Below the pieces are notes generated by a model that saw nothing but the letters and a program-made list of their open reading frames with translations, had not been told where the DNA came from and did not search any database. A DNA stretch of 50,390 nt. It comes from Desulfuromonadaceae bacterium UBA2294. Lineage in GTDB: Bacteria; Desulfobacterota; Desulfuromonadia; Desulfuromonadales; UBA2294. The translations under genes were made by a program, and so were the position numbers. Positions 44,862 to 50,390 of the stretch are shown one piece after another (the first letter of the stretch is position 1; every line of letters begins with the position of its first letter). The stretch spans positions 581-50,970 of the forward strand of contig DDWE01000026.1 in assembly GCA_002345625.1 (NCBI GenBank), given 5' to 3'.

Positions 44862-45710
44862 ATGAGCGATTTTCTTAAAAGTTTTATCAAGATCTTGCGG
44901 CAATTGCAGCGCAATCGTATGGCTCTGGCCGGGGTGTTGATTGTCGTCTTTATGTTTCTCCTTGCCCTTTTTGCCCCGCTGTATAATCGCGACCCCGGCG
45001 CCATTGATATTACGCTGCGGTTGATGCCGCCGGGGTGGGGTCATCCCCTTGGTACCGATGATCTCGGTCGTGATGTACTGGCTCGCATCCTTTATGGTGC
45101 GCGGATCTCTCTTCTGGTTGGTTTTGTTGCTGTCGGCATTGCCACCGTAATCGGCATCATTGTCGGGGCAATGGCCGGTTTTTATGGCCGTTGGGTTGAT
45201 GCCTTACTCATGCGCTTTGTCGATATCATGCTCTGTTTCCCGACATTTTTTCTCATCCTTGCGGTCATCGCTTTTCTCGAACCCTCCATCTGGAACATCA
45301 TGATTATTATCGGTCTGACCGGTTGGATGGGGGTTGCACGCCTGGTTCGAGCAGAGTTTTTGTCTTTGCGCAGTCGTGATTTTGTTGTGGCCGCCCAATC
45401 GATCGGCGCCTCCGACCAGCGCCTGATCTTCCATCATATCCTCCCGAATGCCCTTTCTCCGGTGATCGTTTCAGCGACTCTGGGAGTGGCCGGCGCCATC
45501 CTCACTGAAAGCGCCCTCTCGTTTCTGGGGATTGGTGTGCAGCCCCCGACTCCGTCCTGGGGGAATATGCTGATTACCGGGAAACAGACGCTCGGTTCCG
45601 CCTGGTGGCTCTCGGTCTTCCCCGGGATGGCTATTCTGCTGACGGTTCTCGGTTACAATCTCCTTGGAGAAGGTTTGCGTGATGCCCTGGACCCGCGCAT
45701 GGAACGCTAG
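44862..45710 (+). CDS. ABC transporter permease, DppC/OppC (oligopeptide/nickel) family
   Basis: 282 aa. Contains HPLGTDDLGRDVLARILYGARISL and an EAA-loop region (SLRSRDFVVAAQSIGASDQRLIFHHILPN). Confidence 0.88.
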   Translation: MSDFLKSFIKILRQLQRNRMALAGVLIVVFMFLLALFAPLYNRDPGAIDITLRLMPPGWGHPLGTDDLGRDVLARILYGARISLLVGFVAVGIATVIGIIVGAMAGFYGRWVDALLMRFVDIMLCFPTFFLILAVIAFLEPSIWNIMIIIGLTGWMGVARLVRAEFLSLRSRDFVVAAQSIGASDQRLIFHHILPNALSPVIVSATLGVAGAILTESALSFLGIGVQPPTPSWGNMLITGKQTLGSAWWLSVFPGMAILLTVLGYNLLGEGLRDALDPRMER

Positions 45711-45716
45711 GGAGGT

Positions 45717-46142
45717 TTGATGATTCTGGCTTTGACCCCGGAAACATTGATTCAGGAGCGCGTCGCCGCCTTCATGCAGCAGGATTTTCTGGCCATTTTT
45801 CACAGCTATCACCCTGACGCCCCGTTCCTGCACTTCTTTCCTGATTGTGACACTTACCTGACCTATGCCACGACAGAGATCGCAGGGATCTTCGAGATCA
45901 GTGCCTGTGAAATTCTGCGCACCGTTCAACATGATGAAACAGCAGAGGTGCTATTCCGTCAGCGTCTGCTCCTTAAAGGCGAAGTCATTGACTCCCTTGA
46001 AATAGGCCGCTGCCAACGCGCTACGGATGGCAGGTGGTTTTTTGTGGCGGCGCTGCGTCTCGATCTCCGCAAATTAGCAGCGGATCTTCACTCCTGTTCC
46101 TGGGAGGATCTGCGCGCTGCCGGCAATGACCTGTGGATTTAA
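45717..46142 (+). CDS. Hypothetical protein (possibly an NTF2-like fold)
   Basis: 141-aa ORF lying 6 nt after the permease stop and ending 3 nt before mutM. I recognise no motif in it. Confidence 0.55.
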   Translation: MMILALTPETLIQERVAAFMQQDFLAIFHSYHPDAPFLHFFPDCDTYLTYATTEIAGIFEISACEILRTVQHDETAEVLFRQRLLLKGEVIDSLEIGRCQRATDGRWFFVAALRLDLRKLAADLHSCSWEDLRAAGNDLWI

Positions 46143-46145
46143 ACG

Positions 46146-46964
46146 ATGCCTGAATTGCCGGAAGTTGAAACGATCTGCCGGGGGATCGCCCCGCTTATTG
46201 TCGGCTTAAACATTGCGGAAATTATCGTCCGTGAACCGCGCCTGCGGGTGTTAATCCCTGCCGGTCTTTCCGCTTCCCTGCAAGGGCGGACGGTCCTTGC
46301 TGTCAGTCGCCGGGCAAAATATCTGCTGATTCATTTTAGCGGCGATTGTACTCTGCTGATCCATCTGGGCATGTCCGGTACGCTGCGCTTCCTTGCTGAA
46401 CCACTCCCTTTTGAATGTCACGATCATGCCGAAATTATCTTTAACCAAGGTGGTCGGCTGCGCTTTCGTGACCCCCGTCGTTTTGGCGCTATCCTCTTGG
46501 CTTATGGAGATCCCCTCACGCACCCTGCGCTGGCAGGGCTGGGGCCGGAACCCCTTTCTGATGAGTTTACCGCGGAGTATCTTTATCTCCGTTCCCGAAA
46601 AAAGACGGTTACTATTAAATTTTTTTTGATGGAACAGAAAACAGTTGTCGGGGTCGGGAATATCTATGTCAGTGAGGCTCTGCATGCGGCCGGAATTGCC
46701 CCGTGGCGACAAGCCGGAAAGATCAGTCGCCGGCGTTATGCTTTACTGGTGAAGGAGGTCCGCGCCGTGTTGCTGCGTGCTATTGCGGCGGGGGGGACGA
46801 CACTGCGCGATTTTCAAGGTGCAACCGGGAAACCGGGTTATTTTTCCCAGGAATTATTGGCTTATGGTCGTGCCGGTGAGCCGTGCCGAAAGTGCGGAGG
46901 GGAAATCCAGAGCATGCGGATTGGTGGGCGATCGAGTTTTTACTGCGCCGTCTGCCAGTCATGA
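46146..46964 (+). CDS. mutM: Formamidopyrimidine-DNA glycosylase
   Basis: Begins MPELPEVETICRGI (catalytic N-terminus). It has an H2TH region and a C-terminal zinc finger (CRKCGGEIQSMRIGGRSSFYCAVCQ). Confidence 0.95.
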   Translation: MPELPEVETICRGIAPLIVGLNIAEIIVREPRLRVLIPAGLSASLQGRTVLAVSRRAKYLLIHFSGDCTLLIHLGMSGTLRFLAEPLPFECHDHAEIIFNQGGRLRFRDPRRFGAILLAYGDPLTHPALAGLGPEPLSDEFTAEYLYLRSRKKTVTIKFFLMEQKTVVGVGNIYVSEALHAAGIAPWRQAGKISRRRYALLVKEVRAVLLRAIAAGGTTLRDFQGATGKPGYFSQELLAYGRAGEPCRKCGGEIQSMRIGGRSSFYCAVCQS

Positions 46965-46969
46965 CCATG

Positions 46970-47006
46970 AAAAAAGGCTCCCGAATCATCTCGGGAGCCT
47001 TTTTTC
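46970..47006. terminator. Bidirectional rho-independent terminator between convergent mutM and korC
   Basis: The sequence is AAAAAA-GGCTCCCGA-ATCATC-TCGGGAGCC-TTTTTT: a 9-bp GC-rich stem flanked by A- and T-tracts. Confidence 0.85.
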
Positions 47007-47025
47007 ATTCATTTCTTCGGCACAA

Positions 47026-47574
47026 CTAGCCGAGGATTTTTTTCATGTCTTCGAACCCTTGTGCGTAGGCTTTTCTGTTGAGCTCAATGAAAGCTTCCGG
47101 AACACGGGACAGGACAGCTTGTAAACCGGCTTCGCGCGAGACGGCATCGGTCAGGGCAATCATGGCACCAAGAGCGACAACGTTGGCAACGATTTCACGA
47201 CCGACAACATCCTTGGCTGTACGCATGATCGGCATTTTGTAGACTTTGAAGTCGCCCTTCGGCTCATTTTTAACAAAGTCGGAGTCGATGAGGAGAACCC
47301 CGCCTTTTTTGATACCGTTGGCGTATTTGTCAGCAGATTCCTGAGTCATTGCCAGGCAGGCGTCAACAACCGTTGCTTTGGGGTAATCGATGGGGCTATC
47401 GGAGATGATGACTTCCGACTTGGATGCCCCGCCGCGGGCCTCAGGGCCGTAGCTCTGGGACTGAACGGCATGCTTTCCCTCGATGATCGAGGCGGCCTCG
47501 GCCAGAATGATCCCGGCGGTGATCAGGCCCTGCCCGCCAGCGCCGGAAAACCGTATTTCATATCTTTTAGACAT
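47026..47574 (-). CDS. korC: 2-oxoglutarate:ferredoxin oxidoreductase, gamma subunit
   Basis: 182 aa. Begins MSKRYEIRFSGAGGQGLITAGIILAEAA. Confidence 0.88.
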   Translation of the reverse strand: MSKRYEIRFSGAGGQGLITAGIILAEAASIIEGKHAVQSQSYGPEARGGASKSEVIISDSPIDYPKATVVDACLAMTQESADKYANGIKKGGVLLIDSDFVKNEPKGDFKVYKMPIMRTAKDVVGREIVANVVALGAMIALTDAVSREAGLQAVLSRVPEAFIELNRKAYAQGFEDMKKILG

Positions 47575-47595
47575 TCTTCGGTCTCCTTCGTCTGA

Positions 47596-48414
47596 TTATT
47601 TCGCGCCCTTGGCGCGGGCAATGACCTTTGCGTACTGCTCGCAGTACTCGGGCTTGTCTTCCTTGTAGAGGACGCCGGTCAAGATCTTTCCTTCGAGCTG
47701 TTCGGCGGTCATCTTGCCGGCAGCTGTCACAGGAACAGCGATATCCTTGAGGCGTTTCATCATATCGACAACGCTGCGGAACTTGTTGCGGCGACCGTAA
47801 GTGGTCGGGCAGTCGTCAAGAACCTCGATAATCGCCATTCCTTTGTGTTTGATCCCTTCGGCAATCAATTTGTCGATCTGGGTGGCATGGAAAGCGGTGG
47901 TCCGGGCGACAAAAGTAGCGCCGGCGCCGATTGCCAGTTTGCTGATATCGAAAGTCGGGTCGGGATTGCCGTAAGGCGTGGTTGAAGCTTTGTCACCGGT
48001 CGGCGTGCAGGGGGAGAACTGTCCGCCGGTCATGCCGTAGATGAAGTTATTCATGATGACATAAGTCATGTCGATGTTACGACGGCAGGCGTGGATGAAG
48101 TGGTTTCCGCCGATCGCGGTACCATCGCCGTCGCCACCCATGACGATGACATTCATCTCGGGTCTGGCCATCTTGACGCCGGTCGCGAACGCAGCGGCAC
48201 GGCCGTGGGCGGTGTGCAGGGTGCACATGTCAACGTAGCCGGGGAGACGGCTGGCACAGCCGATACCGGAGACGAGAGCGGTGTTGTTCTTCTCAAGACC
48301 GCAAGTATCCATGGCCCGGAGCAGGCCCTTCATGACGATGCCATGGCCGCAACCAGGGCACCAGATGTGGGGCAGTTTGCCAGGACGGAGTGATTTTTCG
48401 TAATCGTAAGCCAT
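47596..48414 (-). CDS. korB: 2-oxoglutarate:ferredoxin oxidoreductase, beta (TPP-binding) subunit
   Basis: Start taken at ATG 48414 (MAYDYEKSLRPGKLPHIWCPGCGHG), 1 nt after the korA stop; the ORF track opens at 48528. Contains the TPP motif GGDGDGTAIGGNH. Confidence 0.9.
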   Translation of the reverse strand: MAYDYEKSLRPGKLPHIWCPGCGHGIVMKGLLRAMDTCGLEKNNTALVSGIGCASRLPGYVDMCTLHTAHGRAAAFATGVKMARPEMNVIVMGGDGDGTAIGGNHFIHACRRNIDMTYVIMNNFIYGMTGGQFSPCTPTGDKASTTPYGNPDPTFDISKLAIGAGATFVARTTAFHATQIDKLIAEGIKHKGMAIIEVLDDCPTTYGRRNKFRSVVDMMKRLKDIAVPVTAAGKMTAEQLEGKILTGVLYKEDKPEYCEQYAKVIARAKGAK

Positions 48415-48415
48415 G

Positions 48416-49555
48416 TTACTTGACCTCCTTGACCTGGGCAATGATCTGGCCGGGGTTGAGTGGCTCACCGTCGACCCGACCGATGCTGATAACCGGGCAG
48501 CTGCCCTTGACCACACGCTCGACTTCAAGATTCATCTGGCCGAGGTTCATTTCAGGGACGATGATCGCCTTGACCTGCTTACCAAGGGCGGAAATGCGCT
48601 TTTCCGGGAAGGGCCAGAGGGTGAGGGGGCGGAAGAGGCCGGCTTTGATCCCTTCTTTACGTAGTTCGTTGACCGCGTAACGGGCGGAACGGCTGGTGGA
48701 ACCGTAGGCAAAGATCAGAACTTCGGCATCTTCAGTCAGATACTCTTCGTTCAACTCAATCTGGGCGCGAGCTACTTCACCTTCGACTTTGCGGACCTGG
48801 CGACGCTCTTCAGCATCGACGTACTCCGCTTTCGTGGTCGGGAAGCCATCCTGTGCCTTGTTCAGACCAGTGACATGGAAGCGGTAACCGGAACCGAAAG
48901 CAGCCAGGGGCGGCACGTCACCGAAGGAGGTGTCGTACGGCTTGTACTGCTCGGGGGGAACGGTCGGCAGGGTGCGGTTGATAATTTCAAGCTCGCCCGG
49001 TTCGGGGAACTCGATACGCTCACGCATATGGCCGACGATTTCGTCATAAAGGACCTGTACCGGCATGCGGTACTTTTCGGCGAGATTGAAGGCGCGGACG
49101 GTCTCGGTGAAGATCTCCTGAACCGAAGCAGGAACCAGAGCGATGGTTGCGTGATCGCCGTGGGTCCCCCATTTGGCCTGCTGCACGTCGGACTGGCCGG
49201 GGCCGGTCGGCATGCCGGTCGACGGACCGCCGCGCATGACGTTGATGATAACGCAGGGGATCTCGGCAATACAGGCGTAGCCGATGAGTTCCTGTTTGAG
49301 CGAGACGCCAGGACCCGAAGTTGCGGTCAGGACTTTGGCGCCTGTCAAGGAAGCACCGAGGACTGAAGCCATAGCAGCAATCTCGTCTTCCATCTGGATG
49401 AATTTACCGCCGACTTTAGGGAGTTCGTTAGAGAGAACTTCCGCGACTTCGGTGGAGGGGGTAATGGGGTATCCGCCGAAAAATGTGCAACCGGCGTACA
49501 TTGCGCCGTGCGCACAGGCTTCGTTCCCCTGCATCAGAGCTACTTTTTTTGCCAC
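48416..49555 (-). CDS. korA: 2-oxoglutarate:ferredoxin oxidoreductase, alpha subunit
   Basis: 379 aa. Begins MQGNEACAHGAMYAGCTFFGGYPITPSTEV. Confidence 0.9.
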   Translation of the reverse strand: MAKKVALMQGNEACAHGAMYAGCTFFGGYPITPSTEVAEVLSNELPKVGGKFIQMEDEIAAMASVLGASLTGAKVLTATSGPGVSLKQELIGYACIAEIPCVIINVMRGGPSTGMPTGPGQSDVQQAKWGTHGDHATIALVPASVQEIFTETVRAFNLAEKYRMPVQVLYDEIVGHMRERIEFPEPGELEIINRTLPTVPPEQYKPYDTSFGDVPPLAAFGSGYRFHVTGLNKAQDGFPTTKAEYVDAEERRQVRKVEGEVARAQIELNEEYLTEDAEVLIFAYGSTSRSARYAVNELRKEGIKAGLFRPLTLWPFPEKRISALGKQVKAIIVPEMNLGQMNLEVERVVKGSCPVISIGRVDGEPLNPGQIIAQVKEVK

Positions 49556-49575
49556 GTTAGCTGACCTCCTATGAA

Positions 49576-49758
49576 TTAATCAGTGTGGACTTTGATGGCG
49601 AAGTCGGGACAACGTAGTTCGCACTGCATGCACTTGATGCAGTCGTCAGGGCGAGCTACCTTCACGATGAACCCATCCATTTCAAGGACGTTCTTGGGAC
49701 AGAACTCCACGCAGATGCTGCATCCTTTGCAGTATCTTTCGATGACCTCAATGCTCAT
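49576..49758 (-). CDS. korD: 4Fe-4S ferredoxin-type delta subunit of the oxidoreductase
   Basis: 60 aa with two Cys clusters, CKGCSICVEFCP and CIKCMQCELRCP. Confidence 0.85.
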   Translation of the reverse strand: MSIEVIERYCKGCSICVEFCPKNVLEMDGFIVKVARPDDCIKCMQCELRCPDFAIKVHTD

Positions 49759-49902
49759 TCCTATTACTCTCCTTTACAGATTTTTGAGCAGCCGAAACAC
49801 GGTTTTACAACTTGCGGAGATTAGCACAACTGCCGGAATTCGATCTATAGAAAATTTTCGGGTCTTCAAAAGAGTCGAGGTTCGGTTTCTTCACTTTCTT
49901 CA

Positions 49903-49938
49903 GTAAAGAAGGGCAATGTTACCATTGCCCTTCCTTAC
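49903..49938 (-). terminator. Hairpin downstream of mdh (weak T-tract)
   Basis: On the minus strand the sequence reads AAGGGCAATG-GTAA-CATTGCCCTT followed by CTTT. It lies 25 nt after the mdh stop. Confidence 0.45.
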
Positions 49939-49962
49939 TCGCTTTACGCTTGGAGCAAATGA

Positions 49963-50390
49963 TTAAAGAAGACCCTGAGTTTTCAAAACGCCGACCAGGT
50001 CTTTAACCGCAGCAACAGACTTGTCCATCATTGCCTGCTCGGTGGCGTCAAGTTTGAATTCGAGAATTCCTTCGACCCCTTTGTCGCCGAGGATTGCCGG
50101 AACGCCGACATAGTAACCTTTAATGCCGAATTCACCGTTGAGGTAAACGCAGGTGGGGAGGACGCGTTTCGAGTCTTTGAGGATCGATTCGGCCATGGCA
50201 ATCGCCGAGGAAGCCGGGCTGTAGAAAGCACTGCCGGTTTTGAGCAGGGCAACGACTTCGCCGCCGGCGCCACGGGTGCGCTTGACCATAGCTTCCATAA
50301 CTTCTTTGGCTTTGTCAGCACTTTTGTACTTCTTTTCAAGGAGTTCCATGACCGGAATGCCTTGAACGCTGGCATAACGGACCAGGGGAA
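49963..50390 (-). CDS. mdh: Malate dehydrogenase (LDH-like family), C-terminal part; the 5' end lies outside the window
   Basis: The frame stays open to the window edge. It reads [17 protein letters not shown]...[37 protein letters not shown]. Confidence 0.9.
   Translation of the reverse strand, partial: PLVRYASVQGIPVMELLEKKYKSADKAKEVMEAMVKRTRGAGGEVVALLKTGSAFYSPASSAIAMAESILKDSKRVLPTCVYLNGEFGIKGYYVGVPAILGDKGVEGILEFKLDATEQAMMDKSVAAVKDLVGVLKTQGLL

Noticed and set aside
49759-49902. A sigma70 promoter for the kor operon (candidates on the minus strand: TTGTGC, 16-nt spacer, TAAAAC; and TTGAAG, 14-nt spacer, TATAGA).
   Set aside because: The hexamers or spacings are poor. It cannot be supported without transcript 5'-end data.

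Overview
The window looks like a chromosomal segment from a Desulfuromonadales/Geobacter-type bacterium. That taxonomy is inferred from gene content and order only.

Layout:
- 1-15.3 kb (+): the end of tuf, then a complete S10-spc-alpha ribosomal superoperon (rpsJ to rplQ, including secY, adk, map and rpoA). infA is not in its usual slot.
- 15.4-15.6 kb (-): tRNA-Val(CAC) with its own promoter and terminator.
- 15.6-25.5 kb (-): eight tightly spaced genes. In order of transcription: a LolA-like protein, two FtsX/LolCE-type permeases, an ABC ATPase, a candidate outer-membrane barrel, DUF2339, DUF3999 and a 4HBT thioesterase.
- 25.6-26.5 kb (-): a SAM methyltransferase and a DUF190 protein.
- 26.7-37.6 kb (-): the most unusual region. 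It holds four secreted DUF11/Ig-like proteins of 1058, 160, 371 and about 1943 aa. The last one fuses Ig-like modules, an OmpA-type peptidoglycan-binding module and a barrel-like C-terminal region of roughly 800 aa. The sequence pattern at the protein termini suggests a donor-strand-linked tip/shaft/base surface fibre. I cannot assign it to any described assembly pathway.
- 37.9-39.8 kb (-): a GT4-like glycosyltransferase and a ChbG/HpnK-type deacetylase.
- 39.9-41.5 kb (-): a succinyl-CoA:acetate CoA-transferase-type enzyme.
- 41.7-43.6 kb (-): bamD, a DUF3617 lipoprotein and mntP.
- 43.8-47.0 kb (+): an AI-2E transporter, a lone DppC-like permease, a hypothetical protein and mutM.
- 47.0-50.4 kb (-): korC, korB, korA and korD, plus the 3' part of mdh.

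I saw no CRISPR array, IS element, integrase or prophage gene. All family calls come from reading the translated ORFs by eye. No database search was run.
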